Shown here in pieces: positions 21,808-55,494 of a stretch of DNA of 64,000 nt. Both the position numbers and the translations under genes were made by a program. The first letter of the stretch is position 1. The number at the start of each line of letters is the position of its first letter. Below the pieces are notes generated by a model. The model was not told the origin of the DNA, made no database searches, and saw only the letters and a program-made list of their open reading frames with translations. Source of the stretch: Eledone cirrhosa (lineage: Eukaryota); NCBI GenBank assembly GCA_964016885.1, contig OZ024755.1, positions 31,000,001 to 31,064,000 on the forward strand. The letters are read 5' to 3'.

Positions 21808-24384
21808 TACTTGATCACAAGAATATCTATTTTGTTAATATTTTGAATTCATATAATATATGTGTGTGTGTGCGAGTCCCGGATTCAATCGGGGTAACCA
21901 TAGTAAGGTATTCAATACATTAGTAGTGTCTACAACAAAATTTAATACAAAAATGATTTCCTTCGAATGAAACAGTTCTAGTCCTGTAGAAGCCATTTCT
22001 ATATTAAATTGTGTTTTATATATATATATATCGATTAATAATTAATTAGCATTTGTTAAATAAACTATTAAAGGAGTTCGTAATTATCTAAATTATTTGC
22101 AAAGTATTATCAAAATACATCAATATTTTTTTCGATACACAATATCAAATCGGAATCTATAAATATAAAACTTTTATATAACTAATACAAATTCATATTG
22201 TCGGCTTTAGGCCTCTTTCCATCTCCACTTTTAGGTTGCGATAAATTTACTTATTTTAAATATACCTTTAACAGAATTAAATGTTGCAATCACTTGAACG
22301 AGATAGGTTGGCGATTCGAGAGTGTCGCATAAGTTGCTGTTTGTTCCTCGGGTTTTCATTAGACTTCATTAGTGTCAAAATAATAATAATGGTTTCTGAT
22401 TTAGGCACAAGGCCAGCATTACATATTGCTCGCAATTCTTTTAGAATGAAAATATAAACACATCGGATACAGTACTGGATAGTGTTTATTTAATCGACCT
22501 CGGTGGGGCGAAATATGAAGTTGGCATCGACAGTTTGAACTTAGGTGTAAAGGGCTGTGATTAAATTAAATTAAATGGAAAGAAGAAAAAGGGTCAGGAG
22601 AAGACACGTCCACTTAATCAACACCACAATAAGGGGCGCTGGAGTTTCCTCTCTAATAATGTTTCAGACAAGACTTTGTTGTCAGTGGACCAGCTCCTCG
22701 AAATGTTTCGAATATCACAGACTGGAAAAAATAGTTTGCCGATAATTTCTGGTATCTTTAAATTGTATTCCATTCGGCTACGGGTGTAGTGTTTCATCTT
22801 TAAATTACATCTAAAGATACAAAGAAAAAAGTATTTTTAAATATTAATTTCTTTCGACTTGGTACAGGTGAAATTATAATTAAATTATTCTCTCTCAAAT
22901 CTACAAAGAGATGATTGGCGATATTTTAACTGAAGACAGTGAGATACTGAACTAAATACCATTGTGTGTTAAAAATTAATCCACCACACAGTTTTTTTAC
23001 CACTACCTAGCTCTTTGATACCTTTAACAGAATTAAATGTTGCAATCACTTGGTCGAGATAGGTGACCGATTCGAGAGTGTCGCATAAGTTGCCGTTTAT
23101 TCCTCGGGTTTTCATTAGACTTCATTAGTGTCAAAATGTTAAGGGCGTTGACTTTCCTCCTCTGACTAAGACGTTAAAATAATAATAATAGTTACTGATT
23201 TTGGCACAAGGCCAGCAATTTTGGTGGAGGAGAAAGTCGATTAAATCGACTCGCGTTCATTACTGGTACTTTCGGGAGTTCAAATTAAAACATCTGTACA
23301 AGAATACTGTCACACTTTTATTCCTCATCTTTTTATAATTCTCAGGTTTCATACGCCGTTAATAATCCTACAATAAATAAAGGAATAAAAATAATTGTCA
23401 CACATTTTTCTTAAACTATAGAATTTGTGCCTAATGAAAACAAACCAATACTTGGGAGAACTGATCACACTCAATATTTTTACTGTTATTGTTAGTTTAA
23501 ATCCGTCGTAGTTAGCTTTGCTTTTTATCCTTACGGGGTCGATAAAATAAAGTACCAGTAATGTACTGGATTCGATTTAATCCACTTTCCCCTCTCCCCC
23601 AAATGGTTGGTATTGTGCCTAAATCAGAAATCGTTAATAAGTAAAAGGAATTTGAGAAAATTCTGAGTCATGTATGTGCGTTGTAACTGGTCGAGTACGG
23701 TGTTGCTTAACTTTTTTTTTATTTTCGCCAAGAACTTTTGTAGTTTATTTTCATTAACTTATGAGTTAGTACTTCAAATATGACAATATAAATAGAACTT
23801 TTAAAATAGTTATTTTTATTAAAAGGACACACATCTACATGGAACTTTATAAGAGTGTGGACGTGAAAGTGCTATAATTATTTATATGAATGGAAGTTAA
23901 TAGTTGGGTGACACCACCTCGCATGTGTGAAATGGAATGTCCCAATTTTGAGGTACAACAGATTGGGGGGAGATGCAATTTGCTGTTTACATTCTTCCGG
24001 TAAAGGCGGTGGTGGCGACGTTGACACTTATATCCAAGGGTCAAACTTCAATAACGGAAATAAGGGCTGTATATAATATACACATATACAAGTAAATCGT
24101 TTGTTTATCTTTTCACTTATATTTTATGCCACTTACATATTACCGATGATTGCGTAGACATAACGTGTTAACTGTGTCTGTACTTGTATGTTTAGCTGTT
24201 ATAGCCACACAAAACACACAAGTGAAAAATGTATAGTGACAAGGTGTAAGGGGAAAATCAACTAACAAATTCCCCTAGTGTATGTATGCTTGTGGTGTGT
24301 ATGTGTATAAATAACAACAAATATATATATTTGTAAATTCATTTGTTGCCAACTTAATAAAACACGCTGGCCGAAAGTATAGTA

Positions 24385-44603
<20,219 letters not shown>

Positions 44604-44895
44604 CTGAATGGGAAGAAACACCAATTACCAACTAGTAACTTAAATTCTAACTAAGCAACCCACTAACCCAACCAACCAACCCACAAACCTACAAACCAGC
44701 CCACTGATCAACCAACAAGAAACCGAGTCAAAAAACAAAATTCCTTCAACCAATGAGATTATATTCTTTAAAAAATGTGAAGATTATTAATCATGGATTA
44801 ATAATTACCTTTCTCTACTCCATTCTTAACAGAAATGTTACTCACCGCCCCAGTGCCTCGTACAAACTGCAGTTACTATTGGAACAATCCACTCC

Positions 44896-45309
44896 TTAAC
44901 CCTTTAGTATTTAAACCAGCTGTATCCGGCCAGAATACTCTCACCTCTTTCTATTCAAACCGGCTGTAACTGGCCACTCATACCGACGTTAACCCTTTAA
45001 TGTTCAAAGCGGCTAGAATTCTCTACCTTTTTCTGTTGAAACTGGCTGCAACTGGTCACTCAAACTGATGTTAAGGTATTGTTCTCAAAATAGATACTTT
45101 CAAAATCTCATAGATTCGATATTATGTGAGATAAAGCATTTACCATGAAAATATAATAGTATATATAGAGTAATGTGAATGCTAAAGGGTTAAGGTATTG
45201 TTCTCAAAATAAATAGATTCGATATTATGTGAGGTAATTATGTGAGTTAAAGCCTTCACTGTGAAAATACAAAAGTAAATATAGAGTAATGTAAATGCTA
45301 AAGGGTTAA
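44896..45309 (+). mobile_element. Nested TTAA MITE within a TTAA MITE
   Basis: The inner copy 44989-45193 sits in the internal TTAA of the outer copy, with TTAA at both ends. Confidence 0.85.
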
Positions 45310-45419
45310 GAATGTTCTATATAAGTAGATGAACAATATTTATGGAGTATGACTTGATACCAAATTGCTCTATTAATTAATATACCGGTTAAATTTTTTT
45401 TTTTTGTGTGTTTGGGAGG

Positions 45420-46105
45420 TGATTGTCAGTAGTCTCTTGCCTACAACTAACCTCATCATCATCCTCATTTCATTTTACGTCCGCTTTTCCCTGCTTGCAA
45501 GGGTGGGACGGGAACTGATTCTGGCTTGATTTCTACAGCTGGATGCCCTTCCTAACACCAACCTCATTTACAAGGAGTGCTGGGTGCTTTTTTGCCATGG
45601 CACCTCCACGACCACTTTGCAGTGGAATGATAGGGACCTCACTCCCTATCATCTCATTTCTACAGCTGAGTAAACTGGAGCAATGTGAAATAAAGTGTCT
45701 TGCTCAAGGAAACAACACATCACCCTAAACAACACATTAACCTAAGCTTAATTATTCTATTACTAACTCTAACTACCTCTATTGTCTTATTGATCCATCT
45801 CTCAGCCAGTAATATGCCCACCCCACCTAACCCATCATCATTACCCACCCAGAAAAGCTTATAACTACAATGTTTGCCTGCGATTAGACTTGCAGAGGCA
45901 CCTCTCCATCTCACCTCTTCAACACAGCAGACATCCACATGCTTTCTCTCCAGCATCTCCACCAGATCTACCTGTTAAAGTGCCAACATTAAGTGTGGCA
46001 ACTCTGAGATGCGACATCCCGTTCTTATTCCTGTTGTGCGATTGCTTGATGACGATCGTGGGGTTCTCACACATGGCCTCACTAGCCACCCCACTACCGT
46101 GCGCA
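45420..46105 (-). mobile_element. RTE LINE 5' (endonuclease N-terminal) fragment interrupted by a SINE
   Basis: Encodes ...LRVATLNVGTL...EMLERKHVDVCCVEEVRWRG...GVGILLAERWINK; near-identical to 43500-43750; SINE inserted at 45453-45725. Confidence 0.85.
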
Positions 46106-46137
46106 GCCCTAACATGGTTAGTGTTATTGCTGTTTAC

Positions 46138-46224
<87 letters not shown>

Positions 46225-46982
46225 TTACAGCGTGGACTGTGTGTTTTCTTGTCGTGACACCTACCTGGAGTAGGCGTAGTGGGATGGGGTATATATTTGG
46301 TTAAGAGGTGCATACTGACTATAGGTTTCGCTTTGTACATAGGCAAGGCGGGTCTTCTGTATATACATAATTGTTTTTCCTGTACATTTACCAAAGATTG
46401 AAAAAATTATGCTTTACCAAAATATCTTTTTTTCCTACACTTTTCTATTCTCTGTTCTTTTCAAATGAAAACTTGGTTATTTTTCAATAAAAAAGAAAAG
46501 TTTATGTAAATATATAAACCTGTCTATTTTGCTTATTTTTTTATATATATATCATTTGGATTTTTTTATAGTAATTTTGTTTTTGATGAGCATTGTCAAA
46601 CAAGAGCTGAACCTACTTGTATGTTGTCATTACTTAGCCCGGCCATATCTGGCCAGAATTCTCTCACCTCTTTCTGTTCAAACTGGCTGTAACTGTTAAG
46701 GTATTGTTCTCAAAATAAATGATATCAAAATCTCACAGATTCGATATTATGTGAGATAAAGCCTTTACAGTGAACATACAATAGTAAATATAATAGTATA
46801 CATATAGCAATATAAATGCTAAAGGATTAAATGTGAAAATATCGCTCTCTTTCATAATCCTGTATACTTTTGTGTTCTTGTTTTTTTATTTAAGGTGAAC
46901 TCATTTATGTTTGATTATATGCTATATATATGTTTCAAATTTATCGATCAATGTATATACATAGCACCTTTTTGATTTCCAT

Positions 46983-47325
46983 GTGTGTAACACACGTGGA
47001 GATGCCTACAAAGTCAGAAAACAGCACAGGTCCCATGACTTTCAGAAACATTCTTTCACACTCAGAGTTGCTGAAGCTTGGAACAAATACCTGCATCAGT
47101 TGTTAGCTGTCGAGACACTGCATCCTTTAAAACCTCTATGCTTCCTGAGATTCGCAAACCTGATGTCCCCGCTCCATACACACACACACACACACATGTA
47201 TTTCATGACTCGTACACTGTTCATTTTCCTGACATTTGAACATTATTCTCTGTACTATACAATGGACCTTTGATGAGTTGTAGTGCACCTGAGTACTGTA
47301 CACAATAATTTCATTATTATTATTA
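46983..47325 (+). mobile_element. CR1-like LINE 3' end (second copy at about 26100-26340, minus strand)
   Basis: TRGDAYKVRKQH...HSFTLRVAEAWNK.PASVV...ASFK motif followed by a (TTA)n tail. Confidence 0.7.
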
Positions 47326-48319
47326 TTTTAAATGTTACAAAGGATTTTGTCCGACAATATAGCCAACCCATTGACTTTATGGATATAAATATAATAATAA
47401 TTGTTTCTACTTTTGGCACAAGGCCAGCAATTATCCCAGTGCATTACCGGTATTTTATTTTATCGACCCCGTAAGGATGAAAGGGAAAGTTAACCTTGGC
47501 GGGATTTGAACTCAGACCATAAAGGGCCGTAACTCCGCTGATACTGCCAGTCCACAATAATTGTTATTATAGGCACAAGGTTAGCAATTTGAAGGGAAAG
47601 GGAAGTCGATTAAATCAACCCCAGTGAATTACTGGTGCTTTATTTAACGACCCCGTAAGGATGAAAGGCAAAGCTAACCTTGGTGGGATTTGAACTCAGA
47701 ATGTAAAGAGCCATAACAATATGCTGCAAAGCATATTGTCCAATACTCTACCGATTACTGCAAATCCACCACCCTCCACATTGTTTCTACTTTTGGCACA
47801 AGGCCAGCAATTATCCAGTGTATTACAAATAATACAAACTCACACCAATATGTTTTGTCTGGCAATTTATTTAAGTTAATACAAGAACGTTGTGACCCCC
47901 AACTTAATTGTGGGGCTGGGGGCTTTCAACAGAAGTATAAGGGGTCAGTGACATTGTAGGGCTGGTGGGCCTTGCCAGAAGCAGAAGGGCAAGTGACATC
48001 ATGTAAGTGGAAGTAGAATCAGGGGTCACTCTCTCTCTCTTTCAGATTGTTATGCACTGAGGACGTGTTTTTTTTTTCCGAATGAGCTCAGGATAGATGT
48101 TTATGGGTTCTGGCCAGAGGTTAGGTGGGTAGGGCACTCATAGATATACCCCATCTGGACAAGATTAACCCAGAGATATCCTGTAAAGTAGGTAAGCTAT
48201 GCTTCCCCCACTTACGACAAGCTATTTTGGCCATGTGTGTTTCTTTTTTCTGTTTCTCTCTTCTCTCATTCCTGTCCCAAAGACAAGATGTCGACAAAGT
48301 TAAGGGTTGGTAGTGATGC

Positions 48320-49230
48320 TTCAGACCCTTCTGTAGTGAGGAGGATGTAAATGGCTAGATTTGAATGATTAGGCTGCAAGGTATTGAAGATGTGGCAGAC
48401 CTCGTGGCACTGTACTTGGAGGGAAATGTGTTCGCATTGTCCCAACCCATGTTAGAGTGGAAGTTGGATGTTAAACGATGATGATGATGATTATACCTCA
48501 AGGTGGATGTAGTAGTCGAATTGGACATGGAGAAGATTGAAAGACACTTAAAGGAAGCGCCCGTGCTGTATTTGCAATACTAAGAAAAGCAAGGTGGATG
48601 GGAGAGCAGGCAGTCATGTACGTGGCAGAAATTTGAAGATTGGCCACACTCTCTGGATTTACAGGAAAAGGTCTGGAAAAGGTGATGCAACTGGCGTTCA
48701 TGAATGGCTTCCCTGGTGAGATATCAGTGAAGCTGCAACAGCGTGATGTCCATAGGTCAATTGATCCCTCAATCCCATGTGTGTCAACATGAAACACCAT
48801 GATAAAACCTAAGCCCAAGCCAATTTGCTACCAGTGTAAGTGGACAGGCCTTATCACCAACCATTGCAGCTAAGGAAACAATCAAATTGGGGGCTACTGC
48901 GCTGGTAGTTAACCCTGCAAACAAATAAAAGCACTCCTGTAGTGGAGGGAGGTGTCAAGTGCACAATGACCTTAGTGACTACAGAGGTGGTTAAGAAGTG
49001 GAATAGAATGAGTAGAGTGAGGGCAATTGATTAGATGTAGAGATAGCAGTGAATTGTAGATGGTGGTGTGGGGAATGAGAATAAGGCTGTGAGCAATTTT
49101 GATCAACCACGTGGTGGATGGAGTTGATGTGATCATTAGCCTGCATATGATCAGCCATTTAGGACGTGTTATAGTTAGAGAGGACAGAGTAATGTTTGGT
49201 GGTGTGGGGACACCATGCGCTGTATGTGTG
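48320..49230 (+). mobile_element. Degenerate Ty3/Gypsy-like gag/protease remnant
   Basis: Broken frames: RLQGIEDVADLVALYLEGNVFAL, GEQAVMYVAEI*RLATLSGF...LAFMNGFP...ISVKLQQ, a CYQC knuckle remnant, and VDGVDVII. Confidence 0.6.
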
Positions 49231-49314
49231 CAACAGGAGAATTGGGAGAACCCTGAGAGAAAATGTGTAGCAGACACCATTGAAGACAAGGATTTTCAAA
49301 TTGTGTTCAATAGT

Positions 49315-50105
49315 CAGTGTGGGCTGGGTGTTTTTTGTTGTGTCACCATTGTGGCCACTTTACAGTGTGGGCTGGGTGCTTTTTGTTGTCACCATCATGA
49401 CCACTACAGTGTGGGCTGGGTGCTTTTTGTTGTCACCATCACGACCACTACAGTGTAGGCTGGATGCTTTTTGTGTCACCATCACGACCACTACAGTGTG
49501 GGCTGGGTGCTTTTTGTTGTGTCACCATCACGACCACTACAATGTAGGCTGGGTGCTTTTTGTGTCACCATCACGACCACTACAGTGTGGGCTGGGTGCT
49601 TTTTGTGTCACCATCACGACCACTACAGTGTGGGCTGGGTGCTTTTTGTGTGTCACCATCACGACCACTACAGTGTGGGCTGGGTGCTTTTTATTGTGTC
49701 ACCATCACAACCACTACAGTGTAGTCTGGGTGTTTCTTGTTGTGTCACCATTGTGGCCACTTTACAGTGTGGGCTGGGTGCTTTTTGTTGTGTCACCATC
49801 ACAACCTCTACAGTGTGGGCTGGGTGCTTTTTGTTGTGTCACCATCACAACCTCTAGAGTGTGGGCTGGGTGCTTTTTGTTGTGTCACCATCACAACCTC
49901 TACAGTGTGAGCTGGGTGCTTTTTGTTGTGTCACCATCACGACCTCTACAGTGTGAGCTGGGTGCTTTTTGTTGTGTCACCATCACGACCTCTACAGTGT
50001 GAGCTGGGTGCTTTTTGTTGTGTCACCATCACGACCACTACAGTGTGAGCTGAGTGCTTTTTGTTGTGTCACCATCACGACCACTACAGTGTGAGCTGGG
50101 TGCTT
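49315..50105. repeat. 43-47-bp minisatellite, about 17 copies, SINE-derived
   Basis: Unit accactacagtgtgggctgggtgctttttgttgtgtcaccatcacg is homologous to the SINE A internal segment. Confidence 0.9.
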
Positions 50106-50578
50106 CACTGGATGTATGTATGCTACAGTCTGTCCTCATGAGAGACATATGAGAGGGTGAGGTGAAGTGATGGGTGTATACTATATGTATGCTTCAGCCT
50201 GTGCACATGGGAAGGTGTGTCGTCTGTGTTGCTGCATAACGCCAGAGATCCCAGTCCTGTGTGTAAGAATTATGAATAATATAAACTAGCAACTTAGAAA
50301 AAAAAAAAAAAAGAGGGGAGATAACTACATTTTGTATTTGCCAGACTGCTTGCAATAGAAAGTTTCGTAAGCTATTGTAGTCATAGTAACAGTAAAAGCT
50401 ATTCAGCAGCACATTGACATTTTTGAAAAATTAATTAATATATGCTTGCATATATTTGATCGGGATAAATTTAATTTATAATTTAATTTATAAAAGTAAA
50501 GAAAAATAATAATAATTTCTAATCGACAGATATTGTCAAATCCTTGTCACCTAAAAGCAACCGTTTGTCACCGAAGAC

Positions 50579-50592
50579 GTTTCTATGACAAC
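50579..50592 (+). promoter_or_regulatory. RFX X-box (GTTTCT-AT-GACAAC) at the putative ROPN1L promoter / non-coding exon 1
   Basis: Matches the X-box consensus. A second X-box-like site (gtcacc-taaa-agcaac) lies at 50546-50561 and a strong donor AAG|gtaagc at 50673/50674; the downstream gene is ciliary. Confidence 0.65.
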
Positions 50593-50984
50593 AAATATTT
50601 ATTTTACCGTTAATCCATTTGAATGTTTCCTCTTTTCTAGTATTCTTCTTTTTTTAAAAAAAAAATCAAAAAGGTAAGCTTTTTTTTTTTTTTTTTTTGT
50701 ACAGTGAATATTATAAAGGGTTTCGTAATTGTTCAGATTATATACATAATATAACAAATGTTACTTCTAAGTTGGCTTCATATATAAAAGCAATACATTT
50801 GAAATAATGTAGAATAACTTTACAAACCGTCAATTCCCCCAAAACACAGAATACTTACACAGAGAATGGCTCACCATTCGTTTTCATATTTCTTCTTTAA
50901 ACTTGAATGAAAAATTTGATTATACTCACTCATATATATATATATGACTATAATCAAATTTTTCATTCAAGCTTAAAGAAGAAA

Positions 50985-51094
50985 TATATATATAAATATA
51001 TTTTTATATATATATATATAAATATATTTTGATATATATATATATATATTTTTATATATATATATATATATATATTTTGATATATATATATATA

Positions 51095-51152
<58 letters not shown>

Positions 51153-51176
51153 TATATATATATATTTTTATATATT

Positions 51177-51211
<35 letters not shown>

Positions 51212-51286
51212 ATATATTTTTATATATATATATATATATATTTATATACATATATATATTTATATATTTTTATATATATATATATA

Positions 51287-51335
<49 letters not shown>
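50985..51335. repeat. Long imperfect (TA)n microsatellite
   Basis: About 350 bp of TA/TTTA. Confidence 0.95.
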
Positions 51336-51339
<4 letters not shown>

Positions 51340-51512
51340 ATATTAAATAAATGGAAACTATATTTATAAAACCATATTTATTCTATTATATATATTTCAA
51401 GGGTACCAAAAATTTTGGTACGCTATAATCAGATAAAATACAAAATGTTTTATAAATATTTGACATGACCAAGGTTGATATACCTTAACGGTTCAAGTTA
51501 TCCCTTCTACAC

Positions 51513-51547
<35 letters not shown>

Positions 51548-51618
51548 TGTGCCAATATATATCTCTTCTACAATATATATATAAGAAGAAATTAAAAGAT
51601 GGTTAAAAAAGTTCCATG

Positions 51619-51689
51619 TATTTTATTATGCGCATTTCAAAAACAAATATCATCCTGGGACGATATTTGCGTTCTCATCAGATAAAATA
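51619..51689 (-). ncRNA. Type I minimal hammerhead ribozyme
   Basis: Minus strand: tattttat-CTGATGA-gaac[gcaaatatcgtcc ca ggatgatatttgt]tttt-GAAA-TGCGCA-TA-ataaaata; perfect 8-bp stem I, 13-bp stem II, palindromic stem III. Confidence 0.85.
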
Positions 51690-52830
51690 GGGAGACGTGA
51701 TATGATGCCTAAAAAAAACACTTTTGAACAAGGTAGTATCTAGTCAACATATGATAAATAAATTTAAAAGGATATATATATAGAGAGAGAAAGAGGGGGT
51801 GGGAGCTTCACCCCCAAGGAATGGCTCCCCGCCCAGGAAAATAATAACATCCAAACTAATTTATTCAAAATTAGATTAGGGTTGAGGTTTATATTTAGGA
51901 TTAATTCAATCCGTTTCCTGTAATTAATTATACTCCAGTAAGTATACAAACAGAAAACAAATTAACCCTAATCCTAACCTTAGTTAAATAATACTTTATT
52001 TCATAAACATATCCTTCATAGTTGCACAAACAACATAACAAATCGTTTGCAATTCCTTCAGAATGAAAATATAAAGAGAACATATGAATAAATTTACAGT
52101 AGAATAACATAACAAATATGTTTTAAATATATACATAAATAACATTACAAATGTCTCGGTAACACTACTAAGGATGATACAATGAAAGATATATTCCTTC
52201 AATGCTTCAATATTAAAGAAAATTCTACCCCAAATCCTAACCCTAGGGAAAAGCGGACGTAAAATGATGATGATGATATTGCCAAATACATACATTCATG
52301 TATACAGCGCTATTTCAGAACACTAATACTAATACCATATATATATATTAATAAATGGAAACTATATTTATAAAACCATATTTGAAATAAATATGGTTTT
52401 ATAAATATAGTTTCCATTTATTAATATCGTATATCAACTCCAAAAACTTGTCGAGTGTTTTATATCAGTTATAAAAATATTTACTTGTTGTATCCCAACA
52501 ACTTTAAATAGAACTTTTGCATATTTCTATATATATATATTTATTTTATCATGAGTTAAGGCTCTATTGATTTTTCCCTGGATTTCACTAAATTCTGTGG
52601 ATGAATTTATATCCTGATTCTCTTTTGAGATGAGTTTGAATTATTTTTCCTACATCTTACGTTAACTATTTTTCCCATCTTGACGCCATAGTCGCATATA
52701 TATGTTATGGAATACTGTTAGCTTCTAGCTACAACAATTTCTATACCTTTCATTTATATATATATATATATGTAATGGTTGCATTCTTTAAGGGTATGTC
52801 AATATTTATTTATAAAACTGCTCTATATTA

Positions 52831-52895
52831 TATTTGATCTGATGAAAGCACACCATAATTTAACTTGGTGTCCTTGAAATATGTATAATGAAATA
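52831..52895 (+). ncRNA. Type I minimal hammerhead ribozyme
   Basis: tatttgat-CTGATGA-aagc[acacca...tggtgt]cctt-GAAA-TATGTA-TA-atgaaata. Confidence 0.75.
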
Positions 52896-52934
52896 AATAT
52901 GGTTCTATAAATATAGTTTCCATTTGTTAATATC

Positions 52935-52978
<44 letters not shown>

Positions 52979-55494
52979 GCACACACACATCGGTATGTGT
53001 TTCTGCGTACGTGTTTGTATTATACATACGAAAACCGCCGTTTTAAGACCATCTTTTCTGTTAAAGCAAAGGTTAGCCTTGTGAGGACACAATGACAAGC
53101 GCCAACATTTTTCCCTATCATCTACCTCCCTCATCACTAACCACTTCATTTTCTCCCTCCATCAATTTTTAGCCAAGTCTTTCTTGGTCTTCTTCCACGT
53201 TTATTTCCCTTCACGTAAATGTAGCTGCCACATTATCTAATAAACACTTTGCACCACTACATTTTCGATGTAATCACCCAGTGCATATCATACATTTAAT
53301 GGTGTTCACCCCTACGAGGCCACTTTCCTGATCTTTCCATCTCACCAAATGCTTTACCACTTGCCATCACTTTCATCTTTCCAATATTCACCTTCATACC
53401 TTTCCCCTACATTTCTTCAACCTATTCATTTTCTCCCCAGGGTTCAGAGAGTTGGTACCTCTGCTGACAACAAGGTTTCTCTCTCAGAGTGAGGAGTAGA
53501 CTGTATGATACCTGCATGTGAACTGCAATTTTACATGGTATCAAAACAGGTCTTGACTGCAGAAAACCTGCAAAGGCTAGAAATAAATAAAACGAGTATG
53601 CTCTGATAGATATATATAATAGTATGCATGAATAACATAGCATGAGTGAGCTGAGAGAAAAACTTGGCATAAGAAGAATTGGATGCAGTGTGCAAGAGAG
53701 AAGACTGCGTTTGTATGGACATATGATGTGCATATGGAAGATGATAGCTGTACAAAGGAATGCAGAGCAATCTCAATGGCTGGAACCCATAGAAGAGGCA
53801 GACCCAGGAAGACTTGGGATAAGTTAGTGAAAACCAACCTTAACCCTTTAGCTTTCACATCACTCTATATTTACTATTGGCTTTACCTCACATAATTATG
53901 TCACATAGTATGGAATCTATGAGATTTTGATATTATTTATTTTGAGAACAATACCTTAAAGTCGGTATGAGGGGCTAATTATGGCTGGTTTGAACAGAAA
54001 GAGGCGAGAAAATTCTGGCCGGCTATGGCCAGTTTAAATGCTAAAGGGTTAAGAAGCTGAACCTCACTACAGAAATGACAAAGGACTGTGAGGGCTAATA
54101 AAGACCCCCCCCCCCTTCCATGCTGTTGAAGACTCCATCCACAAGCCCTCTGCTATCACCTAATTATTCTCAATGACATCACCTCCACCTCTAAAGAAAA
54201 TCCTGACATTTCTGTGACTACTACACCTAAACTATCTGAGGTCACTCCTTCCCTCCTACTCATAACCTTGTCAAATCCCACCACACTTGCCATATATCGA
54301 TAACATCATCATACTTATTTTCCTTCACCCCACAGAACAGAGAGGACTCTTCAATTGGGACAATAAGTGACAACCTATTTAGTGTTGGTGCTACCAATAT
54401 GCACCCAGTACACCATAGATTCAATATTATATAAGACAATGGGCAGTGGATTGGCAGTATCGGTAGTGGGTCGGACGCCATGCTTTCCAGCATAGTTACG
54501 TCCCTTTACGATCTGAGTTCAAATCCCGCCAAGGTTAACTTTGCCTTTCATCCTTACGGGGTCGATAAAATAAAGTACCAGTAATGCACTTGGGTAATTT
54601 CTGGCCTTGTGCCTAAAGTAGAAACAAATATTATATAAGACAATTATATGACATAAAGCCTTTACCATGAAAATACAATAGTAAATATAGAGTAATGTAA
54701 ATGCTAAAGGGTTAAGTAAGCTGAGAGAAAAACTTGGCATAAAATGAATCTGATGTAGCATGCCAGAAAGAAGACTACACTGGTATGGACATGTGATGAC
54801 AGTTGTACATAGAAGTGCAAAGAAATTCCAGTGGACCTTTAGAAGAGGTATGAAGGTTAACCTTAAGAAGCTAAAGCTGACAAAGAAGATGATAAATGAC
54901 TACAATGGTAATGGTTGGCAGTTTGTAGCACTGGAGAAGACCTGTCTATAAAAAGGTTTGAGTAAACCTTAAAGAACAGAAATACAACACGATCATTAAA
55001 AGCTATTTTATGATGTATGTATGAACCTGTAACTCCTGATAGAGTTATAGTGGTACCATAATGACATAATTCATGTCTTGGGCATTTTTAAACCTGGCAA
55101 AGCCGATCTCCTCTCCAGGTCTGAACACAGCCGATTTCTTTGAGAGAAAAAGAGAGAGAGGGTGCGAAAGAGTTATAGAGAAAGGATTGACCCCAGTACT
55201 GGACTAGTACTTTTTTATTGACCTTGAAAGGATGAAGGAAAAAGTTTATCTCGGTAAGATTTGAACTCAGAGCTCAGAAAACCAGAACAAATACTGTAAA
55301 GTGTTCTAATCAACGCCCTAACGACTCTGCCAATTCACTGCCTTATTTCATAAGAGAAACAGATAATTTCTATATGAAATATAATTCAACAAACATTTAC
55401 AATATTGTACAAAATATATTGTAACTTTAGATTTTATTTCCACAGAAGTATTGATAATATGCCTGTTTTTTATTTCCACAGAAGTATTGACAAA

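Noticed and set aside
49315-50105. Regular array and 240-aa ORF (49280-50002) as a CRISPR or repeat protein
   Set aside because: No spacers; the unit is SINE-derived, and the ORFs in several frames are by-products of the repeat.
51870-52250. Telomere-like ttaggg/ccctaa motifs
   Set aside because: Only isolated degenerate units; not an interstitial telomeric array, and no element could be defined.
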